Positions 1-13,329 of a DNA stretch of 64,000 bases are shown here, in pieces (within the stretch, counting starts at the first letter, position 1; every line of letters starts with the position of its first letter). Under the pieces are notes generated by a model that ran no database searches, was not told the origin of the DNA, and worked only from the letters and a program-made list of their open reading frames with translations. The position numbers and the translations under genes are program-made. Origin of the DNA: Chiloscyllium plagiosum (Eukaryota). The stretch lies in assembly GCF_004010195.1 (NCBI RefSeq), contig NC_057719.1, positions 59,162,164-59,226,163 of the forward strand, read 5' to 3'.

Positions 1-347
1 CGAGACTCCCGATCCGGCTTGCATAGGATACTATCTGTCCCCCTAATTATAGAATCCCCTATAACAACTACTTGTCTTTTTGCTCCCCCCTCTTGAATGG
101 CCTTCTGGACCATGGTGCCTTGGTCAGTTGGCTCATCCTGTCCAGAGCCCTTTTCCTCATCCGAACAGGGAGCAAGAATCTCGTACCTGTTGGACAAGGT
201 CAAGGGCTGAGGCTCCTCCACTCCTGAACTCCGGTTCCCCCTACCTGCCTCACTTACAGTCACACTCTTTTGTGCCTGATCACTAGCTGAATGTGAATTA
301 CTTAACCTCCCAGGTGTGACTGCCTCCTGAAACAAAGCATCCAGGTA
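1..347 (-). mobile_element. CR1 LINE ORF1 fragment (SGNH esterase region)
   Basis: The minus strand translates as ...PQPLTLSNRYEILAPC...KRQVVVIGDSIIRGTDSILCKPDRES. 'LSNRYE.L' and 'V.GDSIIRG' are typical of CR1 ORF1p. Confidence 0.85.
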
Positions 348-359
348 AACCTTGACCTA

Positions 360-750
360 TCCTAATGTCTTTTAAATGCTGTAATTGTACTCACTTCTAT
401 CACTTTGTCTGGCAGCTCATTCCATATACGCAACACCCTCTGGGACCTTTTAAATCCTTGCCCTCTCACATCAAACCTATGCCTTCTGGTTTTGGACTCC
501 TCTGGTGGAAAGACCTTGGATATTCACTTTATCTATGCCCCTCATGACTTTATAAGGTCACCCTTCAGGTTCCTACGCTCCAGAATAGAAAAATCCTAGC
601 CTATCCAATCTCTCCTCATAACACAAACCTTCCATTCTTGTAAATCTTTCAAAAAGCCTTTCCAGTTTAATAACGTTCTTCCTATAGCTGGGCAACCGGA
701 ATTGCACGCAGTACTCCAAGTGTGACCTTACCAATGTCTCGTACAGCCGT
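360..750 (-). mobile_element. CR1 LINE ORF2 3' fragment
   Basis: Visibly similar to the better-preserved CR1 copies at 21518-22245 and 50304-50782 (ggcagctcattccatatacg, tataaggtcaccc, gtactccaagtgtg). Confidence 0.8.
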
Positions 751-3700
751 AGGGAAATCTAGCTCAGTCAGCCTCTGTAAATGAACATTCCTCAGTTTAT
801 ACTAGTGTGACCTAGTCCTTACCTGCTTCAGGTATTTACCAACTGGTCTGCAGTGGCACCACTGGAGGAGACTTTAGCTGACTTGCAGGATGCCCTCAAG
901 TCACTCTGAGCTTTCAGGGTTCAGTTTCAGATTGATAGACATATGGGTAGCAGTAGTCTGAGGCAGCTGTCAGACAGGCAGTGGCATAGCCATTGTTAGA
1001 GTGGAAATGAAGGGAGCATAGATGCTGTCATCATGAGACGGGGAAATGTGTTTATTATTCACAAAGCCAGTGTCATTCTCCTGGGATACAGCTCAGCAAT
1101 TCTAATTGAGAAACTACATGCACAACCCGTGATCTTCACTTAAGATAACAGCGGTCTAGAGCTGCAGCAGCCATGGACTTCATAGATTTGGCTTGTGTTT
1201 CCATAGCAACACAAAGACATCAGGAGACACAAGACTGTGTTGTGGTGGTATTTAAGACAGAGGGCACCAGAAACTTCATGTGCTGGTGCCATTTGTATGC
1301 GTCTGAAATTAACCACATCCATGACCAAGGATGAGTTCCAAGGTTTGTACAATTACTTGTCACATTGGAGCCAGATCCCTTCATCCTTATTGGCATGGCC
1401 AAAGGCCTGTCAATGCCCCAAACACCCCAGTTCATTAGCATTCTCCTGTAGGCCAGTTCCTCATCTGAGCACCCTACAGCAGAATGTCAGCAACTTTCCC
1501 CATCAGGGAGAAGACACAAAGGTTACGGTTATCCCTTGGGCCTAGCTGCAGCCCACCTATGCCCAGTCACCCGTTGTGTGTAAATGGGGTCTCTACGATA
1601 TCATATAAGGTCCTTGTAGTGCCAATATCTGACTAGGTGGCTGGGAGTATAATGGCGTATCCTCAATTCTTTCACGGAGTATCTCTTCCTCTTCCTTTTA
1701 TCTTGGTCATGTAACAGCTCCTTTTTTTTTAATAGGTATTTTTATTGAAAATTTAACATGCTTACAAATAAAAAAAACACAAGTACAAACATGAATATGC
1801 AATGAAATATTAAATAAATAATAGCCAAAATCTGTCAAATAAAAAGAAGAGATACAGGGAAAAAAAAGGAAAAAGACAAAACTCAACTAACTACTAATCT
1901 AACCTATAACTAACCAGACGTATGATCAAATATCTTACATTACTCAAGAGAAAAAAAAGGATAACATAGTAATTAAATAGTGAAGTACATGCTCGGAATG
2001 AATTATCATCAAGTCGTATTAAAACACGTATTCATGCAGGATTCCTCCCCCAAGGGCCCCGGACCAGCCAGAACTGCTACCACAACTAGATGAAAGCCCT
2101 TGACAGAATGGCCAAAATATCTGTATCTATGTAATTCAAGAAGGGCTGCCATATTTTATAGAATAATCCAGTTTTTTGGTGCACCATATTTGTAAGGAAG
2201 TCAAGGGGAATACATTCCATGATTAACCTGTGCCAATTCGGAAGTCCTGGAGGGTCCTCAGCCATCCAGTTTACTAAGATATTTTTCCTTGCACAAAAGG
2301 AGAGAATGGAAAATAATTTCCTCCCGTGCACATCCAGAGAAGGTAAGCTCGAGAAACCCAGGAGAAGAGATACTGGATCTACTCTAATTTCCGTTCCAAG
2401 ATTTCTGTCAAGGCAATTGATACTTTGGTCCAGTATTTGCGGATCTTATGACATGTCCATAAGCAGTGTGTGAGAGTGCCCACCTCTATTTTACATTTGG
2501 GACACATTGGAGATGCTCCTGCCCTAAATTTTGCCAATCGTTCCAGTGCTATATGAGTCCTATGGAGTATCTTTAACTGATTGGCCTGGGTTCTGTTACA
2601 AATGGAGATTTTTCTGGCATTTTCCCAGATGTCATCCCACATTTCTGTGGAAATTTCCAGCCCCAATTCCTGATTCCATGTTCTAAGCAGACGGTCCAAG
2701 TCTTCCGACACTTCCTTATGTAGTAAATGATAAAGAGTGCTGACCAAGGGTACACCCATTGGCCACAACACTCTATGTTCTCTATCTGATTTATAAAGGC
2801 TAGTCTTCTTCTGTATGTAATCTCGAATTTGGAAGTATCGAAACAGGTCTCCATTAGGTAGTCCAAATTTCTGATGCAGCTGTTCAAAAGACATCAGGAC
2901 ACACTCCTCAAACAGATCCCCTAAACAGGAGATCCCCCTGGACCTTAAGGATTTAAATGTGGCATCTGTGAGCCCCGGTTGAAAACCCCATGCCCCACTA
3001 TAGGAGTAAAGGGGGATGGTTTATGTGAATTACTCTCGTTTTGCCGCATTATATTCCAGGCTTTAATTGTGTTTAATACTATAGGGTTTTTACAATGGTC
3101 CATAATGATTTTCATCTTCTCTAAAAATAAGAGGTTAATAAGTGGGCACTTTACTTGAGAAGCCTCGATGTCCAGCCAGATTGATTGCAGGTCAGACGAG
3201 ACCCAATCGGCTATGTAGCTTAACGGGGAACTCAGCTGATACTTCCTAAAGTCTGGATCATCCAGCCCTCCCCTTGCCTGTGGAAGCTGTAGCTTCTTTA
3301 ACTTAATGAGGGGCTGTCTATGATTCCAGATGAAAGAAACAAGCCAACCAAACAATTTGCGCAGTGCCGGCCTCGGCAGCATCACTGGGAGCATTCTCAT
3401 AGGGTATAAGAGACGGGGCAAGACATTCATTTTAATTAGAGCTATTCTACCCAGCCAGGAAATTGGAAGATCCCACCAACATTGAAGGTACTGCCTTATC
3501 CTTTCCAGTAGATGCACAAAATTGACCTTGTATAACTGACCAAATACTGGGGTGATAAAAATACCTAAATATAAGAAACCCCCCAGGGACCACTGAAAGG
3601 GAAAGTGGGATCCGTCCACTAAGTGGACTATCCTAGAGAGACCACCCATTGGCATAGCCTCCGATTTTGAGAAATTAATTTTATAGCCTGAAAATACACT

Positions 3701-4305
3701 AAATGTATTAATAACTTGGATCAAGCGAGACACGGACATCAGAGGATTACTGAGAAATAGAAGATCATCTGCATAAAGGGTAATTTTATGTTTACCTGTA
3801 CCAATCCTCGGAGCTATTGTATTAGAATCAGCCCGTATAGCTTCCGCTAGTGGCTCAATTATTAGCGTGAATAGCAACGATGAGAGAGGACATCCCTCAC
3901 GGCAGCCCTTACCCACACTGAGGCTATCCGAGCCTAATCCATTGGTGATCACATCTGCTTTGGGATCATTATACAATGTTGAGACCCATTTAGCGAATAC
4001 CTTTCCAACGCCAAGCCGTCATTTCCGCCACCTCCAAATGAACCCCACCACCAGGGATATATTTTCCTCCCCTCCCCTATCAGCGTTCCGAAAAGACCAC
4101 TCCCTCTGTGACTCCCTCATCAGGTCCACACCCCCCACCAACCCAACCTCCACTCCCGGCACCTTCCCCTGCAACCGCAAGAAATGCAAAACTTGCGTCC
4201 ACACCTCCCCCCTTACTTCCCTCCAAGGCCCCAAGGGATCCTTCCATATCCGCCACAAATTCACCTGCACCTCCACACACATCATCTATTGCATCCGCTG
4301 CACCC

Positions 4306-4387
4306 NNNNNNNNNNNNNNNNNNNNNNNNNNNNNNNNNNNNNNNNNNNNNNNNNNNNNNNNNNNNNNNNNNNNNNNNNNNNNNNNNN
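4306..4387. other. assembly gap
   Basis: Run of N. Confidence 1.
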
Positions 4388-4528
4388 CTGACCTCTCCGC
4401 CCCCACCCCCCCTCCGGCCTATCACCCTCACCTTGACCTCCTTCCACCTATTGCATTTCCAACGCCCCTCCCCCAAGTCCCTCCTCCCTACCTTTTATCT
4501 TAGCCTGCTGGGCACACTTTCCTCATTC

Positions 4529-4556
4529 CTGAAGATGGGCTTATGCTCGAAACGTC
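4529..4556 (+). ncRNA. minimal type I hammerhead ribozyme motif (PLE family A)
   Basis: CTGAAGA-T-GGGC-TTAT-GCTC-GAAA-CGTC: conserved core boxes, stem II and a palindromic ACGT stem III with a GUC triplet. Confidence 0.65.
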
Positions 4557-7109
4557 GCTTCTCCTGTTCCTTGGATGCTGCCTGACCTGCTGCGCTTTTC
4601 CAGCAACACATTTTCAGCTTTCCAATGTATAGAACAGGTATGACCATTCAACCCTGTTGAATGCCTTCTCTGCGTCCAAAGAGACTACTATTCCGGGTAC
4701 TTTTTCTTGATGACAGACTTGAATGACATTCAAAACCCTTCCATTATTATTAGATGATCTACGGCCCTTGATAAACCCCGTCTGATTCTCTTTTATGATA
4801 TATGGCAATACCCTCTCCAGCCTCAATGCTAATGCTTTAGAAAGAATTTTCAAATCTACATTTAGCAAGGATATTGGTCTGTATGTTGCGCAATCTTCTG
4901 GGTCCTTTCGTTTTTTGAGGATGAGGGAGATATTCACCTCTTTCAACGAAGGCGGGAGACAGCCCTGACTGTATGAGTAGTTATACATGTCCATAAATGG
5001 ACCAGCTAATACTCCTGTAAACTCTTTGTAGAATTCAACCTGAAATCCATTTGGGCCAGGTGCCTTACTGCTCTGAAACTACCTGATTGCGTCAAGTATT
5101 TCCTGGGTTGTTAGGGGAGCATTCAGGACCGATATCTGTTTCGGGGTTAAATCCAGAAAGGCCAGGCTTTTAAAAAAGGACTGCATCCTCCTGACTCTAT
5201 CTTCACAATCCTGCGATTTATACAAATCAGAATAAAACTTTCTGAAGATTGTGTTGATCCTTTTATGATCGTGAGTCAGAGTACCACCACTTTCCCTGAT
5301 GGACGTGATAGCTTGAGGGGCTTTTTTTTTCCTTGCAAGAAATGCTAAGTATCTACCAGGTTTATCGCCAAATTCATATAATCTTTGCTTTGCAAATAAT
5401 ATTTCCCTCTTTGCCATTTGGGCAAGCGTGATATTCAGGGTTGTCCTAAGGGCCGTAATCCTTTGTAACTTAGCAACAGAAGATCTATCAACATACGCTG
5501 TATAAGCTGCCTTTAAGCGAGCCTCAAGTAGACGTTATTGTTCTCCCTTTAGTTTTTTCTGGGTCGCCGAGTATGAAATGATCAGACCTTGTCCATAAGC
5601 CTTAATGGTCTCCCACATCATCGACGGGTTACTAGCCGTACCTGAATTAATTTCCAAAAAAGTTTTAAATTCTTGAGAAAAATATTTTACAAACTTACTA
5701 TCCTTCATTAAGAAAGAATCCATACGCCAATGTCGGGGGATGTCTCATTGGTCCTAGCCTTGATTTCCATATACACAGCAGTGTGATCAGAAATTATTAT
5801 ATTACTTATCTTGCAGGATGATATGGAATTCAAAAAGGTCGAGGGGGCAAAAAACATATCAATTCTAGTGTGACATTTATGTGGATTAGAGTAAAAAGAG
5901 AAATCTCTGCCTTGCGGGTGGAGGCACCACGACACATCTACTAATCCTAACTCTTTATTCAAATCTGCCAATTGTCTGGATCTGGGGGATACACCCACAG
6001 TACTCTTGGGTATCCTGTCTATCTCCTGCTCCATAATGCAATTAAATTGTCCCCCTATAATTGTATGAGAGCCATGAATTTGGAGAAAGCTTCCATTATA
6101 AATTTGAAAGGATGCGCCAGGGGACAGTACAGATTCAAAATCTCATATTCCTCTCCATTTATAAGGCCTTAAATTAGTATATACCATCCAGATTCATCTT
6201 TTATCTGACTTAGGATTTTGAAAGGGAGATTCTTCCGAATAAATAACAACTCCCCTACTTTTTGAGCTGAAAGAAAAAAAGAAGGCCTGATCAAATCCAC
6301 CCTGTTGTAATTTCAAATGTTCTTTACCCAATAAATGTGTCTCCTGTAGGAGAGCTATATCAGCCCTTTCTTTTTTGAGGTTTGATAGTATTTTCTTCCT
6401 TTTGATTGGTGGATTACTCCCCTTGACATTCCAGGTGCACCCTTTAATCGAATGACTAACCATAATCATCTGGGTAAGTCCGAGACCCCCCCGGGAGGAG
6501 AAACCCCATCCAAAACACCCCGAGCAAAGACCATAGAATATTCACAAAAAGAGATTCTTTAATACACTCACACCAATATAATAAAAAACTATTTCTAAAC
6601 AGAAAAAATATAAAACATATTTAAATGGAGATTTTCCCCCTTGCTTCCAGGAGGCATCACTTCCTTTCCGAAAACCCATCATATCCTCTCCCAACTGGTG
6701 CCCCACCCTCGACCCAGGCACCCCATAATAAAATAAAGAAAACTCAAGTGTCTTGTAAAGCTAAAGTTAACAGTGAGTACCCTACCCAACCCCCCCACCC
6801 ACACTAACACCTTGATATATTTGGTAAAGTTAATACCACGTATAAACATATAAAGCTATAAAGTTACAGTCTCAGCAGATAATAATTAAGTGTAGTAACA
6901 GAAAATAATAGGGGGAAACAACACCGCTCTAAAAGAGATAAGGTAGGACAAGGCAGACACCCCTCCTCACCTGAATCAACTAGACCACCCGGCCTATATA
7001 TATAAAGTAACAGCTCCTTTATATTAGGAGGTGCTACAAGCAAAAGGGTAGAAGTGGTATGAGAGAAAGAGAGTAGAGAGGAAAGCAGGTATTCCATAGT
7101 CCTACTATT

Positions 7110-7245
7110 AGACGAAAGTGAGGACTGCAGATGCTGATGATCAGAGTCAAGATTAGAGTGGTACTGGAAAAGCACAGCAGGTCAGGCAGCATCCGAGGGG
7201 CAGGAAAATCGACATTTCGGGCAGGAGCCCTTCATCAGGAATGAG
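7110..7245 (-). mobile_element. short PLE-terminal element with hammerhead motif
   Basis: pLTR-only copy. The minus strand reads CTGATGAAGGGCTCCTGCCCGAAATGTC. A 9-bp TSD cctactatt is at 7101-7109 and 7246-7254. Confidence 0.85.
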
Positions 7246-10200
7246 CCTACTATTGTCAGCCTCACCCTCAATCTCAGGTTGAGGGTGAGGAGGAAACTAA
7301 GGGACATAAGGGTGACACTTTCTGTCTTCTGAAAAGCCTCTGCTGTGTCACATATCTTGGCCCTGATGTGCACTGCACCATCTCCTACAGGACAGCTCAG
7401 ACAGTGGCTTCATGGAGATTCCCTTCTACTCTTCTGCCTATCTCTCATGTAACAATGCTCTTCTCCTGCATGAGAGCAGGAAGAGTATCAGCAATTGTAT
7501 GGAATTGGACTTCGGTGATGTGCCTTCTATAGATGGTTAGCTGGCGATATATAGAGACCAGGAAAGGTGTATGTGATACTGGCAGCAAAGATAGAGGTGA
7601 ATGGGTAAACTGTTGTATTTGACAGCGAGATGAATGCCCCAAGTGCCAGAGAGTGCTACAGAGTGAATTTGGGGATGTGATGCTTTGAACAGAGTTGTGG
7701 TTACCAGTTGTATAGTGATGTTGTATTTACTCATTCTGAGCAAGCCATATGAAGTCATTGGTTTCCCTCTTGAATTTTAACCACAGCGTTAGCCCTAGGC
7801 TACAAGCATTCACTTCCTGGATAGTGTGTTCCCATTCTCTCCTCTCCATAGGCTTTAAGGACTTCTTTCCATTGCCTGTCTCCTGACTTCCATGGGGATG
7901 ACTGGACCCCTACAGGGTGGAGTTTTTAAAAGAGAAGTCATCTCCTGGGACTGTTAATCTGAAATATTCAGAAATTACTTTGTGTCAAGCTCAGTTGTAA
8001 AAGCAATTTCCCTTTCATAGACAGTCAGTCATGAAGGAAACTGCTTGGATCACTCGATTCATAACCAATGCTGTGAGCTCTCTTATTGTGCACCGAGGCA
8101 ACATGAACATCAGAGAGTAATCACACAGTTTTTTAATCACTACTCATGAGAAGAAATATTGATGCAGTACACTTACACACAGAATAGACATAGGAGGTAA
8201 GTCCAAAAAGATAAAAGCTAAAAGATGTATGAATTAGTTTCTGAATTATCTGCAAACAGAAGATAGTTAAACATTGTCGCCATTACAACAGATGTTATAC
8301 TAGGCATTGAAACTGTCAGGTGGTCAGTCAGATTCACAATCCTTAATTTTGCAGATTGGTCCAGATTCTGTAGTTCTGCAGGCTTTTGACTATGATTGGA
8401 TCCATGGTGCAAGAGAGGCCTTTTGTTATTCTGTTTCCTTTTATAACTTATTTGCAGCACTCAGAGTGAGTGATCTTCCCGTTGTCTGGCTGTTAGTTGG
8501 CCTCTTGCATTCAGAGCGAGGGAAGGTCTTTACTTGTAAAACAGCAGTAATTAGTGCACTTTATTTAAGTGTGACTGTCACAGCAAGCCAGTGCTCAGAC
8601 TGGTACTCATGAGAGCATTCAGTCTCACTTGTCCATTCCAGTAGAGTTGAAACTGGCTTTTTAACACTTATATTCTTCAAAGGGAAAAACCACAAACTCC
8701 GCACATACTTTGGACGGGGTGGCTTATCGAAGTTATAATGGCAGTAATGTAGTTAACGTAGTGTTGCAATGTATGCCTGAGATCATGTTACAGGGCTCCA
8801 GTAACAGATAATGGTAGTGCATTGTGATAGGTTAGTTAAATCACTGGGAGATGAGCTAATGCTGAAGATGATGGTGTTGTCATGTGATAGGTTAAGTGTG
8901 ATGGAGGGAACCAGTGTGACAGATGATGATTAGTTTAGAAAGATAAAGCAAGCCAGCATGATTGGCTATGGTAATGTTATCCGATAAGCACGGGACCAAC
9001 AAATTGTATAAACTGGAGAAGAACAAAGAAATTGTGGGCAGTCAGGGAAGACATTTTGTTGGCTGCCACAGCTTTGATTTTGCAAGATTAAAGTTTAATT
9101 TCATGAAGGATTTTCTGGATCGCCTGGTAATTGTTTATAGAACATGGAGCAATTCTTCAACAACAGGCTTCCTGTTGAGCAGGGGGTCATCAGCTGCTCA
9201 TTATTTTTATAGTACCAGACAATCACTGCATTTCAATCTGCTGAATTTACTGTAGTAATCTTCTTCTTTAAAAAAAAACACATTTTGGAACAAAACGTTT
9301 TTGCAAGTCAATTAAATACTTTGGGATTCTGATCAATCATCAATACACCAATGTAATCATTTTAAATCCCTCAAATAATATGGTTATTAGTATATTAGGA
9401 GTGAATTGGCATTCACCTGTGACATGAAATAGGCTTAAAGTAAATCAGTGAGCTGTTGGGCACCATATCTGAGTTACTTCAATGAACTAATCCTGACAAG
9501 GACCATTTTCATGCTCCAAGATATTCAGAGATCATTTATCAAGGATGCTGTGATTCATAGAATGTCAGAAATGGGAAGGGAAATAAATCAAAATAAATTT
9601 ACAAAAATTCCAAAAGTAGCAGGTTAAAAATAGAATTCTTCTGCATGATTTTCGAGACTCAAGTCAATGAATCTCTATTTAGCAGTAGCACAGCAGCTTA
9701 TGCTGAAGTGAAATGTTTTGTAAGTTGTCACTGCAGCAACACTTGTCTATTAATATCTTGAGTGTCTAGTTCAGCACCATCAACAAACCTGTATAGATGT
9801 AGCACCTTTGGCAGAACAGCTAAAATGTTGCTTAGAGAAGTAAAAATGTGAACTAAGATTGTGGAAGGTAAAAGTAACCAAAGGCATAGTCAATGGTAGG
9901 TTTTTTAAAAATATCCTTTATAGAGAGGGAGATAGCGAAAGTCACAGGGAGAAACATGGGAAGGAGTTCTGTGGAGTTGGACCCCTAAGAAAGAGAGACA
10001 ATTGTACAGATGTGCAGAAGGCCAGAATTTGAAGAACATAGGGATCAGAACAGAGCAAAAAGCATGAGGAGATCATAAAAGTAGGACTGAGTGATTTGTA
10101 GCTGAAATTAAGAGTTTGAAATTGATGAAGTGACGGATAGGGAGTCAACATAGGTTAAGGAGAACTGGAGTAATGGGAAAGCAGTATTCAGTCCAAGACT

Positions 10201-11357
10201 GGAAATGGGAAGCAGAGCTTTAGACCAGTAATGGATGGTGAAGTTTGGGATGCAGGCAAGTGGCAAGGAAGGTGTTAAAAAAATTCAAGGGAGTTTTTTT
10301 TCCTTCCATGTTCCTGTTTTCTCCAAGTTCATGGAAGAATGGAAGAGAAACCCATTGCGCAGAATCTTGTGGAGGTGACATGGGTCTCAGCCGTTAGCTA
10401 GACACTCAATGAGACCCCAGTATTACCTCTTCTTGACAAGGCCTGTCACATCTAGTTTCGCTCAGATACTTGACAGGCCAGAAGTGGCCACCCCTTGGGA
10501 ACAAGAACCCCAGGAGCAAAGGCCAGCAGATCTTCAGTATTCAGCAGTGCCACTTGAAAAACAGAAGGCTGCTGCTGGTACTACAGCCACCTGAGATCTC
10601 AGAACGGAGTAGTGACAGGCAGAGGATTACAGGCTAGGAGTCACAGAGGAGGGTTGTTCAGCAGCAGGAAGATGGTTTTCTATGTGTTTCTCCACGTTAG
10701 GGAATCCCTGGGAGCCCACATGTAAAGGCACCAGGGTTTGCTTGTCATATTTTTTACATGGCAAACTCTCAACCCACCTCTCACTGTTCTGCCTGTTCAA
10801 TCAATTCCATGTCATTAAAATATATTTTAAAATATATCCAAATAGAAACCCTGGGCATACTGCTGTATGTTTCTGTCTAACCTGGAAAACAACTCTACTC
10901 ATTGCTTTCTGTCCTTATCCAAATATCTGTACATTGCTGTTGTACCTTGGGCTTTATTTGTGTAAACAAGTTTATTATCTGGCATGTTAATAAACAGCTC
11001 TGAATGTCCATGCAGGTAACAATCACTCTCTCTGTTACATTATTAACTGAATTAATCATGTTTGTTAAACAGAATTTGCCTTAACCAAATGATTGTTGCT
11101 GTCACATATTAGCCTTTTTTTTTGCTGAGACAATTTACTTTGGCCTGGATTGATCTTCCCTGTTTGTTGTCACCAGAGTGGTAAATCTGCCCACATCTGC
11201 TCAGTTGGAGGAATACAGCAAGCAAATATGGTGCTGACATCTAATTTATTGGATCTGTAACTTTAGACTAAACATCTCTGGCTGTATGAGGATGAGGCAG
11301 GACGCCAAACAGCATGTGCAGTCAACTTTCCTTTCTTAAAGCCAGTGTGTTCCTCTT

Positions 11358-11864
11358 AGAGTCATAGAGTTATTGAGTTATGCCACACAGAAAGAGACCA
11401 TTTGGTCCAACCAGTCCACGCCAAACATAATCCAAACTGAACTAGTCCCACCTGCCTGCTCCTGGTCCATATCCCTCCACCCTTTCCTATTCATGTACTT
11501 ACCCAAATGTTTTTTACATGGTAAAAAACCACACAATATCAGGTTATAGTCCAATGGATTTATTTGAAAACACTAACTTTCGGAGTGCTGCTCCTTAGCA
11601 GCACTCCGAAAGGTAATGTTTTCAAATAAATTTGTTGGATTATAACCTGGGTCATATGATTTTTGACCTTGTCCAACTCAGTCCAACACTGGCACCTCCA
11701 CATGGTGCCTTTTAAATGGTGTAATTATACCCACATACACCACTTCCTCGAGAAATTCATTCTACACTTGAACTACTCTCAGTGTAAAAATTTTGCCCCT
11801 CATATCTTTTTAAACGTCTGTCCTCTCACCTTAAAAATGTGCCCCCTAGTTTTGAAATTCCCCA
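11358..11864 (-). mobile_element. CR1 3' end interrupted by a fold-back element
   Basis: agagtcatagag microsatellite tail and CR1 3' sequence lie on both sides of the 11523-11699 insert. Confidence 0.75.
11523..11699. mobile_element. fold-back (inverted-repeat) PLE-terminal element, family B
   Basis: Arms caggttatagtccaa...tttcggagtgctgct and agcagcactccgaaa...ttggattataacctg are reverse complements. It is flanked by acatggt at 11516-11522 and 11700-11706. Confidence 0.75.
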
Positions 11865-12779
11865 TGTTCCACATCATTATGGTTGTTCAAGCACACAGCA
11901 CTTCCTATCCATTGTTCCACTCATATCTTGTGCTACTGAATGCACCAACTCCCCCATGCATGCCATCAGCAGTCCCTAATGCTCAATGCCCATGTATAAT
12001 ATGCAGATCCTCACCCTCACACACAAGACAGTATCATATGCAGTTCAGCTGTTCCACAGATTTCCAGCCATTCAGCTGTGGCACGAACATTGCTCAATTG
12101 CAGTGCTACATCATCAATGACTTTTGTCCTCTCTCCCAGAATAACATGCTCCTCAATGGAATGAAGCAGACAGAGACAAGGAAACTTGAGTCTCTGGGGC
12201 CCGACAGAGAAGTCTGATGGAGCTAACAGAGGCCCTCTAATCCAGTGATGCTGCAGATAGTGTGGATAACAACGTGGTCTTACATGGTCTGCATTCTTAA
12301 CTCACAGCTCATCCTCATCCTGTTTCCTGACATGATAGGTCTGCAGCTAATAGCCCCTTTGCAACCTCCTCTCAACGTACCTTTTCCAATTTTCTCTTTT
12401 TGGACACACATGAACTATCACCTTGTCAGCCATGGAAACCCAAGGTGGAGAGGACAGAGCAATAGCAAAGCAGAGACACTCCATTACATAATCCAACTAT
12501 CAGAGCCACCATTTTGGCCTTGCATTTAACTTGGAGACTTGCTTAGAGATGGCATTTGTAGGCCATGAGTCATTGGGCATGAGAAGGATTTAGCCACACC
12601 AGAGGGGCAGGATGACTCATATGCCAGCTGGGTGGGTTACCAGATGGATTCTGCAAAGGAGAATTCAGATAAGGAATATATGACATACTGAAAAGCAGTG
12701 ATAAACATGCACAGTGAAATAAAGGCTACATTGTGCCTGTCGGATTATGTCAAGCAACCTCCTGTTATTGTCAAGGACC

Positions 12780-13045
12780 ATGGAAGTGTGTGGCACTAAT
12801 TGGCTGGTGGCATATAGCAGAAAATACCTTCTTCACAACCTTTAATGCATTTAGAGTCAAAGTTAGATTCACAGAGATCCACAGAATAGCCATGTGTGCC
12901 ATGGCATGTTAAATGTAGATACAAATATTTCTTAACCGTTACGAGGGTTTCTGCCTTTACCCCTTTCATTGGGAATGAGCTCCAGATTCCCATAGGCCTC
13001 TGGATGAAAACATTTTTCTTCACATCCCCTCTATACATTCTCCCC
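12780..13045 (-). mobile_element. old CR1 3' fragment
   Basis: Minus ORF YRGDVKKNVFIQRPMGIWSSFPMKGVKAETLVTVKKYL matches the CR1 ORF2 C-terminal F.QRVV..WN.LP motif. Confidence 0.7.
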
Positions 13046-13329
13046 TTTCATGTTGTGCTGCCACTTCTGCCTCCAAAATATTTGCAGCTTTGTGTGGATG
13101 AGCCATCAAATCCCTGCCTTCCCTGTCAGGGTGCAACATTCTCTAGCAAATCCAGCAACTTACCACAGCACCTCATCAAAAACTCCAGAATACCTCAGGC
13201 GATATTGCAATAATAGAAGTTGTTCTATGTTATCTTTCTTTCATGTTGGATGTTTTACCATTAAATCATACAAGTTCAGGTTCATTCTTGCAGCTGAATT
13301 CTTGATCTTTGATCAGTGACTACCAATTT

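Larger units (their letters stand above)
4009..4617 (+). mobile_element. Penelope-like element 3' fragment inserted into the L1 RT region (spans a gap)
   Basis: CNRKKCKTC...FTCTSTHIIYCIRC is the Zn-linker and start of the GIY-YIG domain. It ends in the same pLTR tail as the other copies. Confidence 0.9.
1722..7006 (-). mobile_element. 5'-truncated L1-clade LINE (inter-ORF spacer, frameshifted ORF2, 3'UTR, poly-A)
   Basis: APE endonuclease (WNVKG, LQETH, SDH; 5708-6463), RT (YRPISLLN, SLDAEKAFNRVEW, LYADD; 2945-5417) and a CCHC knuckle (CPKC..GTLTHCLWTC). AATAAA and an A-tail lie at ~1722-1746. A 14-bp TSD gtaacagctccttt is at 1711-1724 and 7007-7020. Confidence 0.95.

Noticed and set aside
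750..1700. Possible further Harbinger-derived remnants (also ~7250-7900, 12000-12750, 25300-25900, 55750-56200, 61330-61660)
   Set aside because: They are suggestive, but too decayed for me to show a diagnostic motif or boundaries.
8307..8612. VVLQAFDYD as a cadherin or C2-domain exon
   Set aside because: A single short motif with no supporting domain residues and no convincing donor or partner exons.
9100..9230. Ig-like IVWYYKNNEQL...GSLLLKN on the minus strand
   Set aside because: It is bounded by stops, lacks the Ig cysteines and D.G.Y.C motif, and has no compatible acceptor.
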